This document shows, in pieces, positions 38,001 to 46,457 of a stretch of 64,000 nucleotides of DNA. The notes under the pieces were generated by a model that saw only the letters and a program-made list of their open reading frames with translations, was not told where the DNA came from and did not search any database. The position numbers and the translations under genes are program-made. Source of the DNA: an uncultured Methanosarcinales archaeon (GTDB lineage: Archaea; Nanobdellota; Nanobdellia; Woesearchaeales; ARS49); contig CAZDUA010000003.1 in the NCBI GenBank assembly GCA_964508495.1, positions 8,867 to 72,866 on the forward strand, read 5' to 3'. The first letter of the stretch is position 1. Every line of letters starts with the position of its first letter.

Positions 38001-38551
38001 ATTTCTTCTATCATTTGTCTGAGCTCGATTGGGCTCATCATGACTAGTCTTGTGATGTCTCCTTGTAGGATTATGTTGTAGCCGTCTGGGTTGATTTTGG
38101 CGTTTCCCATTAGCTCTAGTATTTCTTGTCTCGTCTTGGTTTTTCCGTTTATCTTGTACTTTCCTGCCCCGTCTGCGCGTACTATTCTGGTGACTTTTAC
38201 TTCGTCTTCTTCTATTGGGAATATTTTTGCCTTATTATCGAATACTATGCTTACTTCTGCTTCTTTTGACGGTTGTTTTGTTTTTCCGCCGTTGTAAATC
38301 AGGTTAGCACTCTTATCAGCCCTTAATTGTTTTGAAGAGCTTTTTCCTAGGACAAAGCATAACGCATCTAAAATGTTTGATTTTCCGCTTCCGTTTGGTC
38401 CTAGGACGACGTTAAAGTCGTCTCCGAAGAGCAATTCTGTGTATTTGCCGAAGCTTTTGAAACCGTTTAGGATTAGTTTTGTTATCTTGGTGGCTTTCGC
38501 TACCTGCGGGTTTTCTATCTGCTGGGTAGTTGCTGCATCACTCCCTTCCAT
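35000..38551 (-). CDS. smc: Chromosome segregation protein SMC
   Basis: 1183 aa; Walker A GPNGSGKSN, long coiled coils, hinge, signature LSGGEKT, Walker B YVLDEVDAALD. Confidence 0.9.
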   Translation of the reverse strand: MEGSDAATTQQIENPQVAKATKITKLILNGFKSFGKYTELLFGDDFNVVLGPNGSGKSNILDALCFVLGKSSSKQLRADKSANLIYNGGKTKQPSKEAEVSIVFDNKAKIFPIEEDEVKVTRIVRADGAGKYKINGKTKTRQEILELMGNAKINPDGYNIILQGDITRLVMMSPIELRQMIEEIAGIGVYEEKKHQALNELQKVGEKLNEAEIILKERETYLKDLKKDRDQALKYKELNDKIKQNKASNLKRQLNRKDEELKKLETKSSGHKEKFSKHQEQTKLLREEIAKHKQTIQDIAAEIERKGEIEQIKIQKEVEHLRIQVATHKQRASTCKTELERIAQRKEQLQKNLEEIDSKIKEITEQKASTHAQLEAITKTVSEIDSKIKTFKQKHDLSDEADIDKQFEQLDKKAEEKQKETQILTEKKQALVREKDKAEYHITTMDEKIAKVKELTDAHTEELDLLKKRKEQFKKLALELNDLLNQDSKDANTLAKGRAELHASREDENKLSIKQASVQESIAQNIAVKKVLENRQKLGEIYGTVSELGSSDSKYSLALEIAAAQRIHSIVVEDDKTAASAIKYLKQERLGTATFLPLNKIKPAPAKDEIKKLAKMEGVYGFAIDLLEFDLKFKNVFSHVFGNTLVIDKIETARKIGIGSARMVTLDGDLCETSGAMTGGFRHKKTGSFKEKELTGKLEDMRNKIAELEGSLSSLENGRKENDEKITTLRELKANLEGDIIKQEKSLHLDTGDLESTKNYKEELTKTIKQISKDLESLEENIAVETKSLTDLKIEKQTIRNKITELRNPIVLAELNAFEEKRKQLGQERVRLETEQKNNTIQLSDVYGRDQENTSKLLKDMEKEEEAFGKEISDIEKIVQDQETGLGKKEKEQQQFQSQFKGLFEKSNKLRDETSQKETKILGIEENARKEELSMNTLSIEEARIKAETAGLTAEFEQYSGVELDMGKPEEQLRKEINDFEKMMTNIGNVNLRALEIYDTVEKEYGILLGKKNVLLREKDDVVTMMNEIEASKKGLFTRTLTVVDGQFRRIFGQLTTKGEAYLELENKEDPFAGGLRFNVRISGNKFIDIRSLSGGEKTMTGLAFLFAVQEHEPATFYVLDEVDAALDKHNSEKLAKLIRSYCGKAQYIVISHNDAIISEGDILYGVSMNQEAGLSNVVSLKM

Positions 38552-38630
38552 ATACTTTTTTGTATACTAAGGGTATATAAAGATTTGGTGGTCAGAAAGG
38601 TATTTAAATGCCCATATTCGACGCTGGCTT

Positions 38631-39050
38631 ATGAACAAGTATGTTGTGGGCGGGCTTGCCAGTCTGGCTTTGTTATACGGCTGTGGTAAGGACCCTGCTG
38701 CGAATAAGGCGCCTCCGAAGCCAAGTAAACTTGAAGAGCGCACTCAGGCAATTATCGCGCATGATGGTGTGCGTATTGATTTGCTTGCTTCTGATATTTC
38801 TGGTCTTCAGAGTGGTATGAAACTTTCAATTGAAGATTATAAGCGCGAGCAGTGGCGCTCATATACGCCTGTGGAATGTCAGATTCCTTCAATCAATTAT
38901 CAGGTTTCTCTGCCGATTGAGAATGGTATGAGTTCTGCCAAGCTTACGTTAAGCAAGCCTGAATCGCTTCTTGGTAAGGACTTGTACATTGTTGGTGTGA
39001 GAAATGGAAAGAAGGTTGTTTTGTATAAAATGCAGATGGGAGCGCCATAA
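38631..39050 (+). CDS. Small secreted (lipo)protein
   Basis: MNKYVVGGLASLALLYGCGK signal peptide; 139 aa. Confidence 0.45.
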   Translation: MNKYVVGGLASLALLYGCGKDPAANKAPPKPSKLEERTQAIIAHDGVRIDLLASDISGLQSGMKLSIEDYKREQWRSYTPVECQIPSINYQVSLPIENGMSSAKLTLSKPESLLGKDLYIVGVRNGKKVVLYKMQMGAP

Positions 39051-39331
39051 TGGCGAGTAAAGTCCACGCTTTGCACATTTTGGTTAAGACCGAGCAGGAA
39101 GCTTTCGGTCTTTTGTACGACATTAACCACGGTAAAGACTTCGGTGAAGTCGCAAAAGCCAAGTCTTTGTGTCCTTCTGGTAAGAGTGGTGGCGACCTTG
39201 GCTGGTTTGGCCGTAATCAAATGGTTAAGGAATTTGAGACTGCTGCTTTCTCTATGGAGCCAGGAGAAATCTCAAAGCCGGTTAAGACTCAGTTTGGCTG
39301 GCACATAATTAAGGTTATAGAAGCTAAGTAA
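39050..39331 (+). CDS. Parvulin-type peptidyl-prolyl cis-trans isomerase (PpiC)
   Basis: HILVKTEQEA…CPSGKSGGDLGWFGRNQMVKEFETAAF…GWHIIK. Confidence 0.75.
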   Translation: MASKVHALHILVKTEQEAFGLLYDINHGKDFGEVAKAKSLCPSGKSGGDLGWFGRNQMVKEFETAAFSMEPGEISKPVKTQFGWHIIKVIEAK

Positions 39332-39985
39332 TCAATATTCCCCGAGTTTTTTCTGTTTCTTCATTCCGGCTAATATCTGGTATGGTGTCCAGCTGTGTCT
39401 GAAAATCTCGGGGTGTTTGTTCCAGTTTTTTTTCAGGAATGCTGCTGTTTTCGGGTCTGCCATGTAGCCTGAGCCGAAGTCTTCTCCGACGTGTTTCTTT
39501 AATTTCTCTATTTCCGCGTCGCGTGCTACTTTGGCCAGAATTGAGGCGGCGCCTACAATCAAATATTTTGAGTCTGCTTTGTGTTCTGTCTTAAACTCTA
39601 TCGTCTTTGCCATTAATCGTTCAGCAATATATTCGTGGTACGCTTTTGTGTTGGTGCTTGGACAATCTATGAGTGCTCTTTCTGGATTGAGCATGTTTAT
39701 CAGTTCAACGCTTTTGTCCGCTTCCAGCCAATTCAAGTTTGCTCCTGTTTCTGAGAGAACGTTTTTGTCTATTTCTGCTGGTGGGACGAGTATTAGCTGG
39801 TATTTGACGTGTTTTGGCAGTTCTTTTGCTATTCTTTCTCGTTGAAGTGGCGTTAATAGCTTGGAATCTTTGACGCCTAGTTCTTTCAGGGAGGGTTCTT
39901 TATTTTCGTCTATCATCGCTCCGCAGAGTACTAGTGGTCCGATGACGCATCCTCTTCCTGCTTCGTCTATTCCGCAAACTTTCAT
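39332..39985 (-). CDS. rnhB: Ribonuclease HII
   Basis: MKVCGIDEAGRGCVIGPLVLCG; start set at ATG 39985 (TATA about 25 nt upstream); the longer ORF-track call to 40072 would overlap the next gene. Confidence 0.9.
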   Translation of the reverse strand: MKVCGIDEAGRGCVIGPLVLCGAMIDENKEPSLKELGVKDSKLLTPLQRERIAKELPKHVKYQLILVPPAEIDKNVLSETGANLNWLEADKSVELINMLNPERALIDCPSTNTKAYHEYIAERLMAKTIEFKTEHKADSKYLIVGAASILAKVARDAEIEKLKKHVGEDFGSGYMADPKTAAFLKKNWNKHPEIFRHSWTPYQILAGMKKQKKLGEY

Positions 39986-40065
39986 ATCTTGTTGTTTACT
40001 TATCTTCTCTTTAAATTCTTTGCCACAGAAATGTTTATATAATTGCACATTTCCTTTTTTGTTTG

Positions 40066-40422
40066 ATGTCAAGAACTAATCCTACTGCAACTCCTGAGAT
40101 TATTCAGTTTGTTGGTGTGAGCGAGCTTTCTGCTGAAGAACAGGTTACTATACAGACTATTACTACAGAGCAGTTTGAGAAGATTAAGCGTGACTTGCAG
40201 AACATTACTAATATGACTGTTCACGTTAAATTCTATCAGAAGGGTGGCGAGAAGAAGAAGTATTCGATGCACGTTAAAGTTGCAGCTCCTACTCACGTTT
40301 TTGATAGTTCTAATGCGGATGATTGGGAATTGCCTCGCGCTTTGCACAAGGCGTTTGAAGACATTCGCCATCAGATCCAGCACAGACTGCACACGGATCG
40401 CACCCGTCCAGATCGTCTTTAA
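40066..40422 (+). CDS. HPF/RaiA (S30AE)-like ribosome hibernation factor homolog
   Basis: Layout and C-terminal helix SSNADDWELPRALHKAFEDIRHQIQHRLH resemble bacterial YfiA/HPF (…AAIDGLIDKLARQLTKHK…); TATA 25 nt upstream. Confidence 0.4.
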   Translation: MSRTNPTATPEIIQFVGVSELSAEEQVTIQTITTEQFEKIKRDLQNITNMTVHVKFYQKGGEKKKYSMHVKVAAPTHVFDSSNADDWELPRALHKAFEDIRHQIQHRLHTDRTRPDRL

Positions 40423-40438
40423 TTCTTTAGAAATTTTA

Positions 40439-40513
40439 TAGCGGGAGGAGGATTTGAACCTCCGAGCTATGGGTTATGAGCCCATCGGGAACTCCAGACT
40501 TCCCTACCCCGCT
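40439..40513 (-). tRNA. Initiator tRNA-Met (anticodon CAT)
   Basis: A1:U72, three G-C pairs closing the anticodon stem (ATGGG/CCCAT), loop CTCATAA; T-arm GGAGG-TTCAAAT-CCTCC. Confidence 0.85.
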
Positions 40514-40595
40514 GTGATATATTCGCTCCTTGTGGTGTTTTATAAATCTTTGCTCAGAAACCTTTAAATATAGTCGACAGGGACGTTTTATCCAT

Positions 40596-40679
40596 GCCGG
40601 CGTGGCACAACCTGGTACTGCGTAGGATTGCTAATCCTATTTCCGCAAGGATATCCCGGTTCAAATCCGGGCGCCGGCG
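40596..40679 (+). tRNA. tRNA-Ser (anticodon GCT)
   Basis: Acceptor GCCGGCG/CGCCGGC; anticodon arm TAGGA-TTGCTAA-TCCTA; long variable arm; T-arm CCCGG-TTCAAAT-CCGGG; TATA about 26 nt upstream. Confidence 0.9.
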
Positions 40680-40680
40680 T

Positions 40681-41016
40681 ATGAACTCGCAAAAGGGTTA
40701 TACGCGAGTCGTTGGTGTTTTCTTTGTTTTAGTTGTAGTTTCGCTAATCTTTGATTTCATTCAGTTTGGTCATCGTGCCGAATCTTGGCACAAGATTTTT
40801 CACGTTTTGCTCGGTATTGCCGTGATAAGGTTCGGCTGGAATAACAAGAATTTCTGGCGTCCTTTCTGTTTGTGGAATGGCGCGTTTTTTACTTTAGTCG
40901 GCTTGTTTGGTTGGGTTTATCCTGATTTTGCCGGCTTGGACGCTTTTAATCGTGTTGATACAATCTTGCATTCAATTGTTGGTCTGTCAGGTCTGTTAAT
41001 TGGTCTTAAGAAGTAG
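40681..41016 (+). CDS. Small integral membrane protein (three or four TM helices), unknown function
   Basis: ORF-track ORF 40594.. begins inside tRNA-Ser; the first ATG after the tRNA is 40681. Confidence 0.35.
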   Translation: MNSQKGYTRVVGVFFVLVVVSLIFDFIQFGHRAESWHKIFHVLLGIAVIRFGWNNKNFWRPFCLWNGAFFTLVGLFGWVYPDFAGLDAFNRVDTILHSIVGLSGLLIGLKK

Positions 41017-41962
41017 TTTTGTCTAATTTCTTCTTCAGTTCTTTCTCTTTTATTTTCGTTCCAATAAAGACAACTCTTGTTTCTTTTTTCTCTCCTTTTT
41101 CCCATGGTCTTGTGAAGTCCATGTCCCAGTGTTTGCCGACTTTGTGGAATGCTACTCGTAGTTCGTCTTTTGCTCCTTTTTTGCTTTCTTTTATGCAGAT
41201 TATTCCTTTTGCGCGGAATATGCTTTCTGGCAGGCTTGTCCAGAACTTTTGGAATTTGTCTGAATCAACTGGGCCTATGATGAAGGATGCTGTTTCCATT
41301 CCTGTGTTGTGCGCGTGGTCGTGTTCTTTTCTTTTCCAGTCTAGGTGTTTATCCGGATCAAATTTTCCAACGCCTAGAAGCAATTGCAGGTTTGTTTGTC
41401 CTTTTATTGTCTCGATTATTTGCGCGTTTGGTATGTATTTTTTGATTTCCTTTTTTACTTGTTCAATTCTTTTCTTATCAACCAAGTCTGCTTTGTTTAG
41501 CAGAACAATATCTGAGCATTGTAATTGCTCTAAAGCAGTTTTATTTCTTTTAATGTTGTCTTCAAAGTATTCTGCGTCTATTACGCATATGATGCTGTCT
41601 AGTTGTGTTAGATCTACTAGTGGTGGTACGTTGAATGTTTGCGCTACTGGTATTGCTTCTGCCAAACCTGAGGTTTCAACCATTAAATAGTCTATTTTTC
41701 CGGTGTTGATTAGTTCTTTTGCTGCTTCGAGCAGGTCTCCTCTTACTGTGCAGCAAATGCAGCCGTTAGGCAACTCTATCATTTTTTCTTTTGTCGTCAT
41801 CATTAGTGCGCCATCTATGCCTACTGCGCCGTATTCGTTTACTATTACTCCTACTCGTAGTCCGTGTTCTGCTGTGAGCACGTAATTGACAAAAGTGGTC
41901 TTTCCCGCTCCTAGTGCTCCTGTTACTATCGTTACTGGTATCATTGGTGTTTTTCCACTCAT
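41006..41962 (-). CDS. COG0523 (CobW/YeiR/ZigA-like) G3E-family GTPase metallochaperone
   Basis: P-loop GALGAGKTT and hallmark GCICC metal-binding motif. Confidence 0.75.
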   Translation of the reverse strand: MSGKTPMIPVTIVTGALGAGKTTFVNYVLTAEHGLRVGVIVNEYGAVGIDGALMMTTKEKMIELPNGCICCTVRGDLLEAAKELINTGKIDYLMVETSGLAEAIPVAQTFNVPPLVDLTQLDSIICVIDAEYFEDNIKRNKTALEQLQCSDIVLLNKADLVDKKRIEQVKKEIKKYIPNAQIIETIKGQTNLQLLLGVGKFDPDKHLDWKRKEHDHAHNTGMETASFIIGPVDSDKFQKFWTSLPESIFRAKGIICIKESKKGAKDELRVAFHKVGKHWDMDFTRPWEKGEKKETRVVFIGTKIKEKELKKKLDKTTS

Positions 41963-41996
41963 AAAGTTTATAAATCATATGCCTAATTTTAGGAGT

Positions 41997-42653
41997 ATGC
42001 AAAAAAGAGTCGTGGTTCTTTCTGTTGGCGGGAGTCTTATTAATCCTGGCCAAATTCGGGTTGATTTTCTTAAGCATTTGAAGTCTTTTGTTGCTGGCAG
42101 TTCTCATAAATTCATTATTATTTGTGGTGGAGGCATTCAGGCGAGATTGTATCAGGCTGTTGGAAAGAAGTTTGCGTTAGATAACAAAGCGCTTGATGAG
42201 GTTGGTATTAAGGCAACGGTCTTGAATGCTGAGCTTGTTCGTCATATTTTCAGGGCGTTGCCTGTCCAGCAGGAGCCGAAGGGGATTAATTTCAAGAAAG
42301 TCTTGGTGGCTGCTGGCTGGAAGCCTGGTTGTTCTACTGATTATGATGCTGTTTTGTGGGCTAGGAAGTGTAATGCTAAAGAAGTAATTAATTTGAGTAA
42401 TACTGATTATGTTTATACTAAGGATCCTAAGAAATTTTCTGATGCGAAGCCTTTGAAGAATGTTTCTTGGAAGGATTATAGGAAGATGATTGCTGGTGAG
42501 TGGAGTGCTGGTTTGAGCACTCCTTTTGACCCTGTTGCTTCCAAGGCTGCTGAAAGGTTGAAGTTGAGAGTGTTCGCCATTAATGGTCAGAAGTTAGAAG
42601 AATTGTCAAAAGCGCTTAGCGGCAAATCTTTTGTTGGCACGGTGATTGGATGA
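41997..42653 (+). CDS. pyrH: Uridylate (UMP) kinase, archaeal type
   Basis: Amino-acid-kinase fold; MQKRVVVLSVGGSL N-terminus; ATG 41997 with TATA 23 nt upstream; ORF-track start 41886 is a TTG extension. Confidence 0.7.
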   Translation: MQKRVVVLSVGGSLINPGQIRVDFLKHLKSFVAGSSHKFIIICGGGIQARLYQAVGKKFALDNKALDEVGIKATVLNAELVRHIFRALPVQQEPKGINFKKVLVAAGWKPGCSTDYDAVLWARKCNAKEVINLSNTDYVYTKDPKKFSDAKPLKNVSWKDYRKMIAGEWSAGLSTPFDPVASKAAERLKLRVFAINGQKLEELSKALSGKSFVGTVIG

Positions 42654-44587
42654 AGAAATTTCTTCTTTTGTTGTTGTTGCTTCCTCTTGTCTCTGCTCAG
42701 CCTGCTGAGTGGTTTCAGTCAAGTTTTGTCAAGGTTCAGCTGAATGTTTCGTCTAGTGTTGATTTGTTGCCTCGTGGTCCTCAGCCTTTTGTTGAGTCTT
42801 TGACTGCCGATGTTATTTTTGTTCCGCATAATTCTGAGTTTGTTGCTGTTAGGAGTTTTGATTCTGTTCCTTCTGCTTTAGTCACGGCTGATCGTGTTCG
42901 TTTTGAATGGGTTGCTCCTGCTTTAGGCTCTCTTAATTATAGGTACTCTGCCGTTGTTGAGACTGTTAATTCTGTTCCCAGAGTGAGAGCGAAAATCCCG
43001 TATCCGATTGCAGTGCCGAATAATTTAAAAAAATACATTGAGCCGACTAAAAATATTGATTCTAACAATCCTGCTGTTCTCGGCCAGGCTCATTTGATTG
43101 TAAAGAATGAAGATGATTTGTTTTTGGTCGTTAGCAAGCTTGCTGTTTGGGTGAAGTCTAATGTTGATTATAATTTGAGCACGTTGACAGCAGAGGTTTC
43201 CCAGCCTGCTTCTTGGGTGTTGGAGAACAGGTATGGTGTTTGTGATGAACTAACCAGCTTATTCATCGCAATGTTGCGTGCTTTGAAGATTCCTGCGCGT
43301 TTTGTTTCTGGTGTTGCTTTTAGCAGCAGTCCTGATGTGCCGGGTGGTTGGGGCGCTCATGGTTGGGCTGAGGTTTATTTTCCTGGTGTTGGCTGGGTTC
43401 CTTTTGATCCTACTTTTGGCGAGTATGGCTGGGTTGACCCTGGTCATATTAAGTTGAAAGAATCTTTTGACCCTCAAGAGCCCACCACGGTGTTTGAGTG
43501 GCAGGCGCGTGATGTTGATGTTAAAGTGCAGGATTTGGAGGTTTCAGCCGGTCTTGTTGAGAAGAGTGGAAGGGTTCCTCCTGAGCTGAAGATTGCTGTT
43601 TCTCCTTTGAAAGCGAGAGTTGGCTTCGGAAGTTATAATGGAATCGTGCTTGATGTTGAGAACTTGGCTGATTATTATGTTGGTGCTGATTTTAGTTTGA
43701 CGCGTGTTACTGATATGAAGATTTTGGGCAGTGAGTCTCAGGGTGTTGTTTTGACTCCGAGAGGCCGTGGTCGTGTTTTCTGGACTGTTGAGGTGAAGGA
43801 AGGTCTTGATCCTAAGTTCCAGTATGAGCTTCCTTTGCTGGTTTATAGTATTCGCAACGAAACTTTTAGTTCAGCATTTGCTGTTGGCCAGTGGGATGTT
43901 GGTTATTCTTTGCTTGATATTAATTCGAATATTGAGCGTTTGACTGTTTCGCAAAAGGACGCGTTGGATTTAGCTTGTGCTTTTGAGAATGATCTTGTCT
44001 GGACTGATGCTGGCAAGTTGAACTGTCTTGTTCAGAATCGTGCTGAGGTTGAAGTTCCTGTTACTGTTTGTTTTGAGAAGTGCCAGCAGTTGTCTGTTTC
44101 TGCTAAGGGCACGGTTCCTGTTTCTTTTAGTGTTCCTTCTGTAACGCCTGGCCCTCATGAGGTTGAGGTTTCTGCGACTTCTGGAACGGTTGTTAAGAAG
44201 GCGGTTTTGACTTTAGTGCGTCTTGACCCGCCTCGTATTGAAATCAATGATGTTTCTCTTCCTCCGGTTGTTAATTACGGTGATTCTTTCTCGTTGAAGT
44301 TTACTCTAACGAGAGCTAGTGTTTCTTTCCCGCAGAATGTTAGCGTTGAGGTTGAAGGCGGCGGTGCTAGTGCCAGCATTGATGTTGGCGAATTGCTTGT
44401 TGACCAGGAAATCGTTGTTAATATTCGTTCTGACCAGTTGTATTCTTCCAATCCTGTTTTTGATATTGATGTTTCTTTTAAGGACTCGTTCGGTAAAGAG
44501 TTCAGCGTGAGCAAGAGCGCTTCCATTCAAGTCAATAATGTCCCTTGGTACAAGCGTGTTATTGGCTGGTTTGTTGATTTGTTTTAG
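42650..44587 (+). CDS. Secreted transglutaminase-like domain protein
   Basis: Signal peptide MKKFLLLLLLLPLVSA; transglutaminase core Cys (YGVCDE), His (GHGWAEVY), Asp (FDPT); 645 aa. Confidence 0.6.
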   Translation: MKKFLLLLLLLPLVSAQPAEWFQSSFVKVQLNVSSSVDLLPRGPQPFVESLTADVIFVPHNSEFVAVRSFDSVPSALVTADRVRFEWVAPALGSLNYRYSAVVETVNSVPRVRAKIPYPIAVPNNLKKYIEPTKNIDSNNPAVLGQAHLIVKNEDDLFLVVSKLAVWVKSNVDYNLSTLTAEVSQPASWVLENRYGVCDELTSLFIAMLRALKIPARFVSGVAFSSSPDVPGGWGAHGWAEVYFPGVGWVPFDPTFGEYGWVDPGHIKLKESFDPQEPTTVFEWQARDVDVKVQDLEVSAGLVEKSGRVPPELKIAVSPLKARVGFGSYNGIVLDVENLADYYVGADFSLTRVTDMKILGSESQGVVLTPRGRGRVFWTVEVKEGLDPKFQYELPLLVYSIRNETFSSAFAVGQWDVGYSLLDINSNIERLTVSQKDALDLACAFENDLVWTDAGKLNCLVQNRAEVEVPVTVCFEKCQQLSVSAKGTVPVSFSVPSVTPGPHEVEVSATSGTVVKKAVLTLVRLDPPRIEINDVSLPPVVNYGDSFSLKFTLTRASVSFPQNVSVEVEGGGASASIDVGELLVDQEIVVNIRSDQLYSSNPVFDIDVSFKDSFGKEFSVSKSASIQVNNVPWYKRVIGWFVDLF

Positions 44588-44626
44588 AACAGTAGTTTTA
44601 TAAACACCCTTTCTTCTTTTAAACTC

Positions 44627-46456
44627 ATGCCAAAGAGTGTGGTGGAAAAGCTTGTTCCGGATACAAGCGTTATAATTCAGGGGTTGGTTAGCGAGCAGTT
44701 ATCCAAGGGCGAGCTTCAGGTAGGTGAACTTATTTTGCACGAGGCTGTTCTTGCTGAGCTTGAGCATCAGGCTAATGCGGGTCGTGCTTCTGGATATATT
44801 GGTCTTGATGAAGTGCAGCGTTTGCATGAGATGGCTGAGAAGAAGCGTTTGACTTTGCGTTTTGCCGGTCATCGTCCTGGCGCGAATGAGATTAGGTATG
44901 CGAAGCTGGGAGAAATAGACAGTGTCATCCGCCAGCTTGCTTATGATGAGGATGCAACTTTGCTTACGGCTGATAAGGTGCAGGCTCGTGTTGCTGAAGC
45001 GCGTGGCGTTAAAGTTATTTTTGTTCCGCAGAAGGAATATTGTCCTAAGCCTTTGAAGATGGATGCTTTTTTTGATGAAACAACTATGTCTGTTCATTTG
45101 CGAGATAGGGTTTTGCCTATGGCGAAGAAGGGCGCTCCGGGCAACTGGCAGTTTGTGCCTATTAAAAATAATCTGATGACTTCTGAGGAGATTAAGGAGA
45201 TTTCCCGTGAGATGATTGAAGAGGCCGGCTGTCGCACTGATGGTTTTTTGGAAATCCAGCGCGAGGGCTCAACAATAGTCCAGCTTGGACTATATCGAAC
45301 AGTTATCTTGCGTCCTCCTTTTAGCGATAATTGGGAGATTACTTGTGTTCGTCCTGTGCGTCATTTGAAGATGAATGATTATGTGATGTCCGAAAAGCTG
45401 AACAAGCGTTTGTCAGAGCAGGCTGAGGGAGTTCTTATTGCAGGTGCCCCTGGTATGGGTAAGTCTACTTTTGCTCAAGCTTTGGTAGAGCAATACGCCG
45501 CGCTTGGAAAGATTATCAAAACTGTTGAAGCGCCTAGAGATTTAGTCCTGCCTGATACAATTACTCAGCTCTCGTATAGTCGTAGCACGCCTGAGGAAGT
45601 TCATGACGTCTTGTTGTTGTCCCGTCCAGACTACTCATTATTCGATGAGATGCGTAATCCTAAGGATTTCAGTTTGTTTTCTGATCTGCGTTTGGCTGGT
45701 GTTGGGATGATTGGTGTTGTTCATGGAACGACTGCATTAGATGCCATTCAGCGTTTTATTGGCAAGATTGACTTGGGAGTGATTCCTCACGTTGTTGATA
45801 CTGTTGTTTTTATCAAGCACGGTAAGGTCGAACAAGTTTTGGGAATTAAGATGATTGTGAAAGTGCCTGCTGGTATGACAGAGGCTGATTTGGCGCGTCC
45901 TGTTGTTGTCATTAGTGATTTCGAGTCTGACAAGGCAATCGCCGAAATTTATTCTTATGGTGAAGAAACCGTGGTTGTTCCAGTGCAGGAGGAGCGTCAG
46001 ACTGGCGCCAAGGCTCTTGCTGCTCAGCATTTGCAAAAAATCTTCCAGCGTTATGGTGATGATGTTAAGGTTGAAGTTGTTGGCGACCATAAGGCTGTTG
46101 TTTATGTTCCGGAAAAATTCATTCCCGCGATTATCGGCCAGGGCGGCAAGAATGTCCAGGCGTTAGAACAGCAATTAGGTATTGGTCTTGATATTCGTGA
46201 GCTTGGCGAACAGCCGAGAACGTCAACCGGAAGAGAAATTCAGTATAGGGTGACGGGTAGCAAAAATCACGTTGAATTTTTATTGGGCGATCAGTATTCT
46301 GGCAAGAACATTGACGTTAAAGTTAACAATGAGTATGTTGCTACTTTTGCTGTTAGTCATAATGGCTTGGTAAGGATTAAAAAATCTAATAAGTTCGGTA
46401 ACATGATCATGGATGCTTTAGACCGTGGTGATAAGGTTAGTTTTGTAGGTGAATAA
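44627..46456 (+). CDS. PIN domain - P-loop ATPase - KH domain protein (COG1855-like, PilT-family ATPase with PIN and KH)
   Basis: N-terminal PIN-like VPDTSVIIQG; Walker A GAPGMGKST; C-terminal KH GxxG IIGQGGKNV. Confidence 0.6.
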   Translation: MPKSVVEKLVPDTSVIIQGLVSEQLSKGELQVGELILHEAVLAELEHQANAGRASGYIGLDEVQRLHEMAEKKRLTLRFAGHRPGANEIRYAKLGEIDSVIRQLAYDEDATLLTADKVQARVAEARGVKVIFVPQKEYCPKPLKMDAFFDETTMSVHLRDRVLPMAKKGAPGNWQFVPIKNNLMTSEEIKEISREMIEEAGCRTDGFLEIQREGSTIVQLGLYRTVILRPPFSDNWEITCVRPVRHLKMNDYVMSEKLNKRLSEQAEGVLIAGAPGMGKSTFAQALVEQYAALGKIIKTVEAPRDLVLPDTITQLSYSRSTPEEVHDVLLLSRPDYSLFDEMRNPKDFSLFSDLRLAGVGMIGVVHGTTALDAIQRFIGKIDLGVIPHVVDTVVFIKHGKVEQVLGIKMIVKVPAGMTEADLARPVVVISDFESDKAIAEIYSYGEETVVVPVQEERQTGAKALAAQHLQKIFQRYGDDVKVEVVGDHKAVVYVPEKFIPAIIGQGGKNVQALEQQLGIGLDIRELGEQPRTSTGREIQYRVTGSKNHVEFLLGDQYSGKNIDVKVNNEYVATFAVSHNGLVRIKKSNKFGNMIMDALDRGDKVSFVGE

Positions 46457-46457
46457 G

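Noticed and set aside
35580-38570. Many 60-200-aa plus-strand ORFs (for example 36327-36929, 37194-37583)
   Set aside because: They lie antisense inside the 1183-aa SMC gene and are Ser/Leu/Phe-rich shadow ORFs of its Lys/Glu-rich coiled coil.
39986-40072. N-terminal 29-aa extension of RNase HII in the ORF track
   Set aside because: The conserved RNase HII N-terminus begins at MKVCGIDEAGRG; a TATA box precedes that ATG, and the extension would overlap the downstream gene.
40594-40680. N-terminal 29 codons of ORF-track ORF 40594..41016
   Set aside because: This stretch is the tRNA-Ser(GCT) gene; the protein, if real, starts at ATG 40681.
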